From an uncultured Pseudomonadales bacterium (GTDB lineage Bacteria; Patescibacteriota; Microgenomatia; UBA1400; PJMF01), in NCBI GenBank assembly GCA_964412775.1, contig CAYPPX010000002.1:4935-68934 (forward strand): a DNA stretch of 64,000 nt, given 5' to 3'. This document shows, piece by piece, positions 55,331-64,000 of this stretch. The number at the start of each line of letters is the position of its first letter. The first letter of the stretch is position 1. The notes beneath the pieces were generated by a model. The model searched no databases. It saw only the letters and a program-made list of their open reading frames with translations, and was not told where the DNA came from. The translations under genes and the position numbers were made by a program.

Positions 55331-55681
55331 ATGGACATCCTTGTTCAAGCTAAAAATGGAGAAGCCACTCAAGCTTTACGTTCTTTTATCAAAACTCAAC
55401 TTTTAAAGGTTGAAAAGTTGGGGGTGCCAATTCGTCAAATTAGAGTTTTCTTGGAAAACATTGCCAGAAAAGATAGTGATCCACACAGAGCATCAGTTGT
55501 GGTAGATGTTGAGGTTAAAGGCAAAAAAACTATTTCAGTCAAAAGCCATGCCCATGATTTATATCAAGCAGTTGTCAAAGTTTCTAAAGACGCTTTGAGA
55601 CATGTAAGAAAACAAAAAGAAAAGAAGCTCACTAAGCTTAGAAAACATCAGCGAGAGTTGTTTAGGGATATTGAAGAATAG
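55331..55681 (+). CDS. hpf: ribosome hibernation promoting factor (short HPF/RaiA form)
   Basis: Start at internal ATG with SD aaaggaa; the ORF track starts at 55304. MDILVQAKNGEATQALRSFIKTQLLKVEK and ...HAHDLYQAVVKVSKDALRHVRK align with YfiA/HPF. Confidence 0.6.
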   Translation: MDILVQAKNGEATQALRSFIKTQLLKVEKLGVPIRQIRVFLENIARKDSDPHRASVVVDVEVKGKKTISVKSHAHDLYQAVVKVSKDALRHVRKQKEKKLTKLRKHQRELFRDIEE

Positions 55682-55768
55682 TTTGGGTCTAAGTTTCTTG
55701 AGTTAAGACCAAGCTTTAATTACTCAGCTTATTGATCTGGTGGAGACAGTCTAGTATTGTAGATATAT

Positions 55769-56119
55769 ATGACAGATCCCCAACAACAAGATCCATTAGC
55801 CGCTCTTGAGGAGCTATTAAAAGATTCTAAAAGTGGTGGTGTAGACCCACAACAAGAGCCGACACCAGCTGGTGAAACAGCAGTTGACCAAGTTGCTGAA
55901 GAACAAAAGCAAAAAGAAATTGAGGCTTTAGAAGCTCAACAGCAACAGAAAGATGCTGAAGATTTGCGTAAGCAAATTGCTGGTTTGCAAGAAATTACTA
56001 ATACTCCACAAGAACAAGCAAGGCTTGCTCAAAAAGACCAACAAGCTCAGCAACAGACAGAGCAATCAGCTCATCAAGAAGAGTACAAAATTAGGCAATT
56101 GGGTCACACAAAAGTATAA
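55769..56119 (+). CDS. hypothetical Gln/Glu-rich protein (116 aa)
   Basis: ORF with low-complexity Q/E/A composition. Confidence 0.35.
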   Translation: MTDPQQQDPLAALEELLKDSKSGGVDPQQEPTPAGETAVDQVAEEQKQKEIEALEAQQQQKDAEDLRKQIAGLQEITNTPQEQARLAQKDQQAQQQTEQSAHQEEYKIRQLGHTKV

Positions 56120-56123
56120 AAAT

Positions 56124-56768
56124 ATGTCAGGACCAGGTGGTAAACCAGGAGGTGGGGTTGCAGCCATGCAGGGTGGTGGCTTTCGTGGTGGTTTTGGTCA
56201 CTTTAATGAAGAACATATGGAGCAGCAAGCGATGGCTGCCTCTGCAAAGCAACACCAGTTGACCCAACAAGCTAGTAACTCAGCTCAAAGTACTACTGGT
56301 GGTTCAGCTCTTCAAACCAATGGAATTTCTCAAGAATCACCTCAAAGTCTCAAAGATCCTCGTGAGGTTGGGACGGTCAAAGAAGAAGCTAAACGTGCAG
56401 TGACTGACGTTATTGATGAGTTAAAAGGTTTCTTTAGTTTGAATAAACTTTTGGGGGTAAATAGTGAAGATACCCCAGAAGAGAAACAGAAAAAACAAGC
56501 AATTTTACAACGTTACAATCGTTTAAGTGATGAACAAAAACAAGTTGCTCAAAAAAAATACCAAGAAAAAATGCATCAGCAACGAGCCGAAGAAGAAGAA
56601 AAGCAACGTAAAAAGCAACAAGAAGCTCAGACCAGACAAGCCAGTATTGCACCACCAACTAGTCCTAAAAAAGGTGCCGTTGGGCCTAGTGGTTCCAAGA
56701 AGCAAAAAGCTACTGCTCAGCTACAACATGATCGTCAAACAATTAGCAAAGTTCAAGGTGCTAATTAA
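56124..56768 (+). CDS. hypothetical Gly/Gln/Lys-rich protein
   Basis: Start at ATG after TAA of the previous gene (MSGPGGKPGGG...); the ORF track starts at 55953. Low complexity. Confidence 0.4.
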   Translation: MSGPGGKPGGGVAAMQGGGFRGGFGHFNEEHMEQQAMAASAKQHQLTQQASNSAQSTTGGSALQTNGISQESPQSLKDPREVGTVKEEAKRAVTDVIDELKGFFSLNKLLGVNSEDTPEEKQKKQAILQRYNRLSDEQKQVAQKKYQEKMHQQRAEEEEKQRKKQQEAQTRQASIAPPTSPKKGAVGPSGSKKQKATAQLQHDRQTISKVQGAN

Positions 56769-56836
56769 ATATTTCTGCTCAGCGTTGAAGTTTTTACGGT
56801 ATGATATAGCCACCAATAATAAGAAGTTTCTAATTT

Positions 56837-58252
56837 ATGCAACTTTATAATACGCTAACTAGAAAAGTCGAAGAATTTATCCCTAGAACTCCAGATTTAG
56901 TCACTTTATATGCCTGTGGTCCGACTGTTTATGACTACACACATATTGGTCATGTCAGAAAATATACAATGGATGATATTTTGGTTAGAACCTTACGTCA
57001 TGCTGGTTTTGAGGTTAAGTTTGTGCGTAACGTTACTGATGTTGGTCACTTGGCTTCAGATGCTGATACTGGCGAAGATAAACTAGAAAAAGGAGCTAAA
57101 AAATATGGTATGTCTGCTTGGGATATTGCCAGAAAATTTGAGGATTACTTTCATGACAGCATGGACAGAGTGGGGAATGTTAGACCAAATATTACCAGTC
57201 GAGTGACAGAACATATTCAAAACCAAATTGAACTAGTCAAAAAACTAGAAACCAAAGGTTTTACTTATGTTATTCCAGCTGATGGGGTTTACTTTGATAC
57301 TAGTAAACTAGCAGATTATGGTAAGTTAGCTCACTTAGATCGGGATCATCTTCAAGAGGGTGCTAGAGTAGAAATAGTAGCGGGCAAGCGCAATCCGACT
57401 GATTTTGCCTTATGGAAATTTGAGCGTGAAGGTGAAAATCGAGCGATGGTTTGGGCTAGTCCTTGGCACCCCAGGAGTTTTCCTGGCTGGCACATTGAGT
57501 GTTCAGCTATTAGTATGGAGCATCTAGGTGAGCAGATTGATATTCATACTGGTGGTATAGATCATATTCCGGTTCACCACACCAACGAAATTGCTCAAAG
57601 TGAATCGGCTACTGGTAAACAACCGTTTGTGAAGTATTGGGTTCACCACAACTTTTTGTCAGTTGAAGGTCAAAAAATGAGTAAGTCGCTCAATAACTTC
57701 TATACGCTTGATGATTTAGAAAAAAAAGGTTATGAGCCAATGGCTTTTAGACTGTTATTACTGTCTGCTCATTACAGGTCTGAAATGAATTTTACTTGGG
57801 ATAACATGGAAGGTGCACAAGTTTCTTGGGAAAAATTGACCGATAAAATTAGAAAACTGATTCAAGATAAAGAAACTGAACTAGAGCCAACTCCTGAGCA
57901 GCTAGCCTTAGCTGAAAAGCTAAGTAAAAAGTTTTTTGCTGCTTTGGAAAATGACTTACATACTCCTGAGGCATTAGCTGTAATGTGGGAGATGTTAGGC
58001 AGTAATTTATTGGCCAAACAAAAATATCAACTCTTACTTAGTTTCGATGAGGTCTTTGGTTTGGGTTTGGCTAGAATTGATCTGGAACAAGAGCTGGTTT
58101 TACCAGCAGATGTTCAGGCTTTAATTGATCAAAGAACTACTGCCAGAACAACTAAAAACTGGGAGTTAGCTGATGAATTAAGAACCAGAATCGAAGAGCT
58201 TGGTTATCAAGTAAAGGATGAAGTAACAGGTCAAAAAGTGACTAAAAAATAA
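56837..58252 (+). CDS. cysS: cysteinyl-tRNA synthetase
   Basis: HIGH (YDYTHIGH) and KMSKS motifs; CysRS-specific CGPTVY. Confidence 0.9.
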   Translation: MQLYNTLTRKVEEFIPRTPDLVTLYACGPTVYDYTHIGHVRKYTMDDILVRTLRHAGFEVKFVRNVTDVGHLASDADTGEDKLEKGAKKYGMSAWDIARKFEDYFHDSMDRVGNVRPNITSRVTEHIQNQIELVKKLETKGFTYVIPADGVYFDTSKLADYGKLAHLDRDHLQEGARVEIVAGKRNPTDFALWKFEREGENRAMVWASPWHPRSFPGWHIECSAISMEHLGEQIDIHTGGIDHIPVHHTNEIAQSESATGKQPFVKYWVHHNFLSVEGQKMSKSLNNFYTLDDLEKKGYEPMAFRLLLLSAHYRSEMNFTWDNMEGAQVSWEKLTDKIRKLIQDKETELEPTPEQLALAEKLSKKFFAALENDLHTPEALAVMWEMLGSNLLAKQKYQLLLSFDEVFGLGLARIDLEQELVLPADVQALIDQRTTARTTKNWELADELRTRIEELGYQVKDEVTGQKVTKK

Positions 58253-58270
58253 TTTAGTCAGAAAGGCACT

Positions 58271-59017
58271 ATGTCAGGTATTATTACTTTTTTAATTGTT
58301 TTGGTGTTAATTTCTTTAAAACAAATTAATCAATATGAGCGTGGGGTAGTTTATACCATGGGTAAGTTTTCAGGGATTGTTGGTCCAGGTTGGGTGTTGA
58401 TTTTACCAATTTTTCAAAGTTTTAGAAAAGTCGATATTCGTACTAAGGCGGTTGATGTACCTAAACAAGAAACTATTACTAAGGATAATGTGTCTTGCAA
58501 AATGAATGCAGTGATCTACTACAAGGTGGCTGATGCAGGCAAGGCTGTAAATGAAGTTGAAAATGTTTTTTGGGCTGTCTCACAGTTAGCTCAAACAACC
58601 ATGCGTAGAATTGCTGGTGAGGCAACTTTGGATGAGTTACTTTCTAATCGAGAAAAAATCGCTAAAGAAATTTTGCAAACCATTGACCCAATGACTGATA
58701 AATGGGGCATTGCTGTTGAAACAGTGGAGTTAAAAGATATTGAATTACCAGAAACAATGGTGCGAACTATGGCCAAGCAAGCTGAAGCTGAAAGAGAAAA
58801 GCGCGCTACAATTATTAATTCTGAAGGAGAAGTTGTTGCTGCTGAAAACTTGAAAAAGGCTGCTCAATTAATGGCTAGCACACCAGGGGCCTTGCATCTT
58901 AGAACTCTCAACTCAATCAATGACATTTCATCTGATCAATCTAATACGGTGGTATTTGCTTTACCAGTCGAAGTACTTAAAGCTTTTGATTCGATTAGTA
59001 AAAAACTTAGTAAATAA
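58271..59017 (+). CDS. SPFH/band-7 (stomatin/prohibitin-like) membrane protein
   Basis: N-terminal TM then YERGVVYTMGKFSGIVGPGWVLILP and downstream band-7 core; Ala/Glu-rich coiled coil. Confidence 0.75.
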   Translation: MSGIITFLIVLVLISLKQINQYERGVVYTMGKFSGIVGPGWVLILPIFQSFRKVDIRTKAVDVPKQETITKDNVSCKMNAVIYYKVADAGKAVNEVENVFWAVSQLAQTTMRRIAGEATLDELLSNREKIAKEILQTIDPMTDKWGIAVETVELKDIELPETMVRTMAKQAEAEREKRATIINSEGEVVAAENLKKAAQLMASTPGALHLRTLNSINDISSDQSNTVVFALPVEVLKAFDSISKKLSK

Positions 59018-59027
59018 CTTATAAGTT

Positions 59028-59684
59028 TTAGGTTTTGAGTAGGCCTGCTTCTTTGAAAGAGAAGTAGGCCTGTTTGGTTACAATCAGGTGATCAAGCAGT
59101 TCTATTCCCAGTAAATTTCCAGCTTCAACTAATTTTTGAGTGGTTTTTTTATCAGCTAGGCTTGGTTCTGGGCTATTTGAAGGGTGATTGTGAGCTAAAA
59201 TAAAACTGGTAGCAGGGAGGTGAACTGCCGGGAAAAGAATATCCCTGGGTTCGAGCAAAATATAATTGAGTCCACCTAGGGCAATAATCTCACTATGAAT
59301 AATTTCTGACAAAGCATTTAGATATAAACAAAGAGCAAATTCTTTTTTTTTGTGTCTAATGGTTCTTAAATATGGCAAAACTGATTGGGGTGAAGTAATT
59401 TTATCAGTGGTAGGAAGGGTATTTCGTCTACCCAATTCTAAGGCAGTGATGATTTTACTGGCTTTGGCCAGGCCGATGCCTTTAAGCTTACTTAACTCGT
59501 TCAAGTTTTGCAGATGAAGTTTTTTAAGTGGATATTGTTGGAGTAAGTGGTGAGCTGTTTTTTGAACAGAGAATTTACTTGTTCCCGTACTTAACAAAAT
59601 AGCTAGTAATTCAGCATCAGTTAGGTTTTTACTACCGAATCTCTTGAGTTTTTCTCTGAGCTGAGGTTTATTCTTATTTTGCAC
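59028..59684 (-). CDS. radC: RadC-family JAMM/MPN-domain protein
   Basis: N-terminal HhH region and C-terminal HNHPSNSPEPSLADKKTTQ JAMM motif. Confidence 0.8.
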   Translation of the reverse strand: MQNKNKPQLREKLKRFGSKNLTDAELLAILLSTGTSKFSVQKTAHHLLQQYPLKKLHLQNLNELSKLKGIGLAKASKIITALELGRRNTLPTTDKITSPQSVLPYLRTIRHKKKEFALCLYLNALSEIIHSEIIALGGLNYILLEPRDILFPAVHLPATSFILAHNHPSNSPEPSLADKKTTQKLVEAGNLLGIELLDHLIVTKQAYFSFKEAGLLKT

Positions 59685-59708
59685 TAAGCACAGTTTAGCA
59701 ACTCAAAC

Positions 59709-60833
59709 TTACACTTCTTTTAAGTGATCAATTAGTTGGGCATAAAAGTGTAGGTTGTGTGTAGTGGCTAACTGGAAAGCTAAATTATCTTTAACTTTAA
59801 ATAAATGATGAAGATAAGCTCTAGAGTAATTTTGGCAAGTATGACAGCGACAGTTAGAATCAAGAGGTTGATCGTCAGTTTTAAAAATACCACGGTTGAT
59901 ATAAAGGTATTCGTACCAATTTTCGTCCTGATTAAAATCAATGTCTGCAATTTTTTTAGTGAAAGTATAGAGTCGTTGGTGTCTGGCATCTCTAGTAGGT
60001 AAGACACAGTCGAAAATGTCATAACCCATTTTTCGCAGTTGTACAATATTTGCAGGCGAACCAATACCCAAGGCAAACTTGAGTTTTTCATCAGGAGTGA
60101 CGTCAGCGGTAACTTGGCACATCTCATAATCAAACGATCCATCTTCCTTGAAAGGCCAGCCTCCAAGGCCATAACCATCAAAGCCAATCGCTTCTAATCT
60201 TTGAGCACATTCTTTTCTCAGTTTATAGTTATTATGTCCTTGTACCACTCCTAATAATAGTGGTCTATTTTGTTCTGTATAGCCTCGTTGCTGGCATTGT
60301 TTAATAAATTCGAGTTTGCATCTTTCAGCCCAGTTAATGGTTCTTTCAATGCTTTCACGCAGTCTTTTGGCTGAAGCATCGATTGGTGAAAAATCATCTA
60401 AACAAATCATGATGTCACTTTGGATCGAGAACTGAATACGAATTGAATCTTCTGGTGTAAACAAAGTTTTGCGTTGTTGTTTTTCACCAGTGTAGAGCAC
60501 AACTCCTTCATCAGTAATTTTGCCAAGTTTAGGATTTTTATGAATCAAAGAAAATAGTTGAAAACCACCTGAGTCAGAAGCGGTTAAACCTTGCCAGTTC
60601 ATGAATTTTTTTATCCCACCCACTTGATCTAGGACAGCTGTCCCAGGAGAAGTCATCAGGTGGTAAGTATTGATAACGACACCTCTAATTCCAGTGTTAG
60701 CCACAGCTTTGCTATCTAGGCCACGAACTACTCCCAAGGTGGCATCTGGTAGATAAATCGGTAAAGCATAATCTTGACCTAAAATTTTAATGTGAGTTTT
60801 TGAATTCATGAGGTGAATTATAACCTGATACAA
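59709..60833 (-). CDS. tgt: queuine tRNA-ribosyltransferase
   Basis: SDSGGFQLFSL, DCVLPTRDARHQRLYTF, zinc site CRCHTCQNYSRAYLHHL. Confidence 0.85.
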   Translation of the reverse strand: MYQVIIHLMNSKTHIKILGQDYALPIYLPDATLGVVRGLDSKAVANTGIRGVVINTYHLMTSPGTAVLDQVGGIKKFMNWQGLTASDSGGFQLFSLIHKNPKLGKITDEGVVLYTGEKQQRKTLFTPEDSIRIQFSIQSDIMICLDDFSPIDASAKRLRESIERTINWAERCKLEFIKQCQQRGYTEQNRPLLLGVVQGHNNYKLRKECAQRLEAIGFDGYGLGGWPFKEDGSFDYEMCQVTADVTPDEKLKFALGIGSPANIVQLRKMGYDIFDCVLPTRDARHQRLYTFTKKIADIDFNQDENWYEYLYINRGIFKTDDQPLDSNCRCHTCQNYSRAYLHHLFKVKDNLAFQLATTHNLHFYAQLIDHLKEV

Positions 60834-60844
60834 TAAAGTTTGTT

Positions 60845-62395
60845 ATGTCAGAGGTGTTGAGACCAGAGGTTATTCAACCCAAGAAAGCGACTTTGTCAGA
60901 CAAAGTAATCTCTTGGATGTGTGACCATTGGCAAAAAATAAAACCAGGCAATTTTCGTGATCGAAAAAATACCGTGATTGATGAAAATGGGGCGGAGCCA
61001 CAACTAAAAGAAGTTGAAGAACAAGATCTTGAAGTAGTGACAGATGTAGTCAGTTTATACGAAAATTCTAGAGAAATAGGCAAGATTGTTAACAAAGAAA
61101 AAAATCCTTTAGGTGAAAACCTCAGAGATTTAATGATGGTGTTTATTGGTGATACCCATTTTCCTGGTGGTAATTTAGAAGAAGAGGTCTATGAAAAAAA
61201 CGAGCCCTACATTTTTCTCAAAAAAGTTAGAGCAGTTCTTTTGGGTATTAAGCGTGAAGTTAAAAGAGAAATTGCGGTAGCAAGAGAAATTCAACCAAGC
61301 GAGTTTTTAGCTATAAAAACAGCCATTAAAAACCTAAAAGATAGGTTGGTAGTATCATATAAAACTTTAGTTTCAGGTGACAACCAAGCTATTAATCAGT
61401 TAAAGATAAAACTTGCTGGTGAGATAGATATTTTAAGAGCTGAAATTAGAGAAGCAGATGGGATTGATGCTTACAATTCTTTTAATGCTTTAAAAAATGC
61501 CATAGTTAGAACGGTTAAAACAGCAACTGATAGTAGTGATCCAGCTAATAGTCCTCAATTATTGTTAGCCCATGTTGGTGACAATATTAGTAATGAGCAA
61601 AAAATGGGTGATGTGGCTTTTTCGGCGGCCCAGCTGGAAGCTGAAAGAAATGAATTAGAACAAGAAACTGGTCTGAAGACAGTCTTGACCAAAGCTCAAG
61701 GAAATCATGATACTGATTTAATCAACTACGGTTTGGAACATGATGCTTTTGATCGGTTGCTGTTTGGTAGTCAGGTTTTTTCTCAGGAAATAGGGGATGA
61801 TTTAGTAGTGCTGTCACTGAATACTAATTTTTACAGTACTTTTTGGCACCAGCATTTGGAAAGGCGAAAAGTGGCTTTACAACGTAGGCTTGATCAGGTT
61901 GCGGCGCTGGTGGGTGAGAGTGAAGATAAGGCTAAGTTGCAGGCAATTAATGAGCGAGAGTTAGCTTCTTTAGCTGAAATTAGAGCCGAGATGTTGAAAC
62001 AGATCAAAATAGTTGAAGCAGCTAAAAATTCTGGTAAAAGAATTATCTTAGTTGGTCATGAACAGGGCTATTTAATCCAAGCCTTAGGCCAAAAAATCAA
62101 GAAAAGCACTGTTGTTGGAGTAGTTAGTGGCCATGACCACAGGCATAAATATACTCAACAAAAGAATAAGCATGGTGAAACGATTCACTACCTAAATGTT
62201 GGCTCAGATCAAAAACCGGTTGCTATAGAAAAAACAGATCAAGCTGGGAACACAATTAAACCAGAAAAAATCAAGAAGGCTGTTTTAAGTGGTTTTGCTT
62301 TAAGAGTAAAAGACATTGATAACAAACTAGAGCTTACTGTTCAAGAGATTATCCCAACAGCTAAAGATTATCAAAATGCGCTTGAGGTGATGTAA
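60845..62395 (+). CDS. calcineurin-like metallophosphoesterase with a long helical insertion
   Basis: FIGDTHF (motif I), QGNHDTD (GNHD), VGHEQG, GHDHRH (GHxH). ~140-aa helical segment inserted between motif I and the GNHD motif. Confidence 0.55.
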   Translation: MSEVLRPEVIQPKKATLSDKVISWMCDHWQKIKPGNFRDRKNTVIDENGAEPQLKEVEEQDLEVVTDVVSLYENSREIGKIVNKEKNPLGENLRDLMMVFIGDTHFPGGNLEEEVYEKNEPYIFLKKVRAVLLGIKREVKREIAVAREIQPSEFLAIKTAIKNLKDRLVVSYKTLVSGDNQAINQLKIKLAGEIDILRAEIREADGIDAYNSFNALKNAIVRTVKTATDSSDPANSPQLLLAHVGDNISNEQKMGDVAFSAAQLEAERNELEQETGLKTVLTKAQGNHDTDLINYGLEHDAFDRLLFGSQVFSQEIGDDLVVLSLNTNFYSTFWHQHLERRKVALQRRLDQVAALVGESEDKAKLQAINERELASLAEIRAEMLKQIKIVEAAKNSGKRIILVGHEQGYLIQALGQKIKKSTVVGVVSGHDHRHKYTQQKNKHGETIHYLNVGSDQKPVAIEKTDQAGNTIKPEKIKKAVLSGFALRVKDIDNKLELTVQEIIPTAKDYQNALEVM

Positions 62396-62398
62396 GTT

Positions 62399-63505
62399 AT
62401 GAAAAGTAAAACCGATATTTTAATTATTACTACTGGCCAAGGTCACGAGTCATTAGCTCAGGTAATGGCAGAAGAAATTGTCCAGAAAACTCAGTTTTCG
62501 GTGGCTACTTTTAAATATTTTCCTAAGGTGGGGATTCATTTATTGTTACATCGTTATGCACCATGGCTGATGAGGTTATTAGCCAAGCCTCTTAACAATC
62601 AGCATTTTGTCAGACTGTCGCGGTTGGTACTAAAGTATCGTTTTTTATCATTGGTGGAGGCGCAACTAAGCCAGCATCAACCACAAGTAGTGATCTCAAC
62701 TTTTTACTTATTAAATCCAGCGATTGAAGCTTTAAAAGCAAAGTACAACTTTTATTTTATCAATTTGATTACTGACCCAAAAACGATGATTTTATTAAAT
62801 CCAACGCCTGAAGCTGATGTTAATTTAACTTTTGATGAAGCCCAAGCAACCAAGGTTAAAGAGTTGTATCCAACCGCCAAAACCAAAGTAACTGGTTGGT
62901 TTGTAAAAGGAGTTTTTGAGACAGCTTATAGTCAAAAACAAGCCAAAATCAGCTTAAAAATGGATCCTAAAGTACCAGTGTTGTTATTAACTTCTGGGTC
63001 GTTAGGTAATGCTAGCCCGGCTCAACTGTTGCCTAAACTTTTGAGTTTAAAAACTCCTGTTCAAGTTGTGCTAATCTGTGGCAGTAACAAGTTGTTAAAA
63101 AATTTGGCGGACAACTTTAACAAGTCACTCAAAAAAACTAACCAACTAGTTAATTTAAGAGTACTGGGTTTTACCAAAGAAATGGATAAATATATTAAGG
63201 CTGCTGATTTGGTTATTGGTAAAGCTGGGCCAAATACTTTATTCGAAGCAGTAGCCACTAAAACACCTTTTATGGCAATTGAATATGGTGGGCAACAAGA
63301 GTTTGGTAACCAAGAACTAATTAGAGGTTATAACTTGGGTGTTGTTGAAAATAGGTTGGATAAGATTTGGACTAAACTAGTGGAGTTTATCGAGCAACCA
63401 ACTATTCTGGATGCCTTTAAACCAGATTTAGAAAAGATGAAGATCCACAATCTCAAAGCCAAAAAAGTCTTGGTTGAAGAGTTAAAAAAAGTTATGGTTA
63501 GTTAA
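62399..63505 (+). CDS. GT28-family glycosyltransferase (MGDG-synthase/UgtP/MurG-like)
   Basis: N-terminal ILIITTGQGHES and C-terminal VIGKAGPNTLFEAVATKTPFMAIE donor-binding block. Confidence 0.6.
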   Translation: MKSKTDILIITTGQGHESLAQVMAEEIVQKTQFSVATFKYFPKVGIHLLLHRYAPWLMRLLAKPLNNQHFVRLSRLVLKYRFLSLVEAQLSQHQPQVVISTFYLLNPAIEALKAKYNFYFINLITDPKTMILLNPTPEADVNLTFDEAQATKVKELYPTAKTKVTGWFVKGVFETAYSQKQAKISLKMDPKVPVLLLTSGSLGNASPAQLLPKLLSLKTPVQVVLICGSNKLLKNLADNFNKSLKKTNQLVNLRVLGFTKEMDKYIKAADLVIGKAGPNTLFEAVATKTPFMAIEYGGQQEFGNQELIRGYNLGVVENRLDKIWTKLVEFIEQPTILDAFKPDLEKMKIHNLKAKKVLVEELKKVMVS

Positions 63506-63513
63506 TTTTTTTT

Positions 63514-63549
63514 AATAAAAAAACCTCGTTTTGAACGAGGCTTTTTTTA
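63514..63549. terminator. bidirectional intrinsic terminator
   Basis: AAAAAAA-CCTCG-ttttgaa-CGAGG-CTTTTTTT between convergent genes. Confidence 0.55.
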
Positions 63550-63567
63550 TTAAAAATATTTTTTTCT

Positions 63568-63954
63568 TCAACCCTGGTAATGTTCATCATCTGCCATGGC
63601 ATCAGCTTTGGTAGCATGAACAGTCCCATCAGCGTGTTCTGGTGGGGCATAGATGGTATAAAGTTTCAAGGTTTCAGTGCTAGAAAGATTGATAATATTA
63701 TGTTCAGCCCCAGCTGGGACAACTACGGCATCTCCATCTTTTACTTCATATTCTGTGCCATCGATAATAACTTTACCAATACCTGCTTCAAAGCGAAAAA
63801 ACTGGTCATGTTCCTCATGAACCTCTAAACCAATATCTTCGGCTGGTTGCAAAGTCATCACCACCAATTGCATATTTTTGCCAGTGAATAGTACCTTGCG
63901 GAAATATTCATTTACCAAAGTTTGTTGCTCAATCGGAGCATGAAAGCCAGTCAT
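63568..63954 (-). CDS. cupin-domain protein
   Basis: G(x)5HxH-like HEEHDQFF and GDAVVVPAGAEH motifs of the cupin fold. Confidence 0.5.
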   Translation of the reverse strand: MTGFHAPIEQQTLVNEYFRKVLFTGKNMQLVVMTLQPAEDIGLEVHEEHDQFFRFEAGIGKVIIDGTEYEVKDGDAVVVPAGAEHNIINLSSTETLKLYTIYAPPEHADGTVHATKADAMADDEHYQG

Positions 63955-64000
63955 AGTTTCCCTTTCTACTAACTTACTTTATTTAGCCAAAGCAATTATG

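Noticed and set aside
1-64000. CRISPR arrays, cas genes, transposases, group II introns
   Set aside because: No regularly spaced direct repeats and no recognisable cas, transposase or RT motifs were found in any frame.

Overview
The window is a compact bacterial chromosomal segment of about 40% GC that uses the standard genetic code. It has many overlapping or abutting genes and an unusually high share of small hypothetical proteins. This resembles a reduced-genome lineage, plausibly a Patescibacteria/CPR-type bacterium, but that is inference only. Recognisable content: a partial mreB at the window start; murD; a WecB/TagA-family glycosyltransferase; the secE-nusG-rplK-rplA and rplJ-rplL ribosomal operons, split by an ~8.5 kb insertion that carries thrS; galU; a tRNA cluster (Thr-Tyr-Thr) followed by rpmG; tRNA-Trp; def-fmt; an O-antigen-ligase/TPR membrane protein; mreC-mreD-PBP2; dprA-topA; a thymidylate/folate/NAD block (nadD, nadE, thyA, dCMP deaminase, CofE-like, folA, dut, tmk); recR; hpf; cysS; an SPFH protein; radC; and tgt. 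No CRISPR array, integrase, transposase or reverse transcriptase was seen. The items most worth a second look are as follows. (1) A Thr-codon-rich 16-codon leader peptide with antiterminator/terminator alternatives immediately upstream of thrS, i.e. a thr-operon-style transcription attenuator on a threonyl-tRNA synthetase gene. (2) A low-GC insert encoding a BacD/YwfE-like L-amino-acid-ligase ATP-grasp enzyme next to an excisionase-family HTH gene. (3) A PP-loop ATPase with a C-terminal Cys cluster that is translationally coupled to murD. (4) A motif-degenerate MreB paralogue directly upstream of mreCD-PBP2, while the canonical mreB lies 38 kb away. (5) An unassigned ~135-nt structured element upstream of the tRNA operon. 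(6) Several uncharacterised proteins embedded in the dTTP-synthesis gene block.
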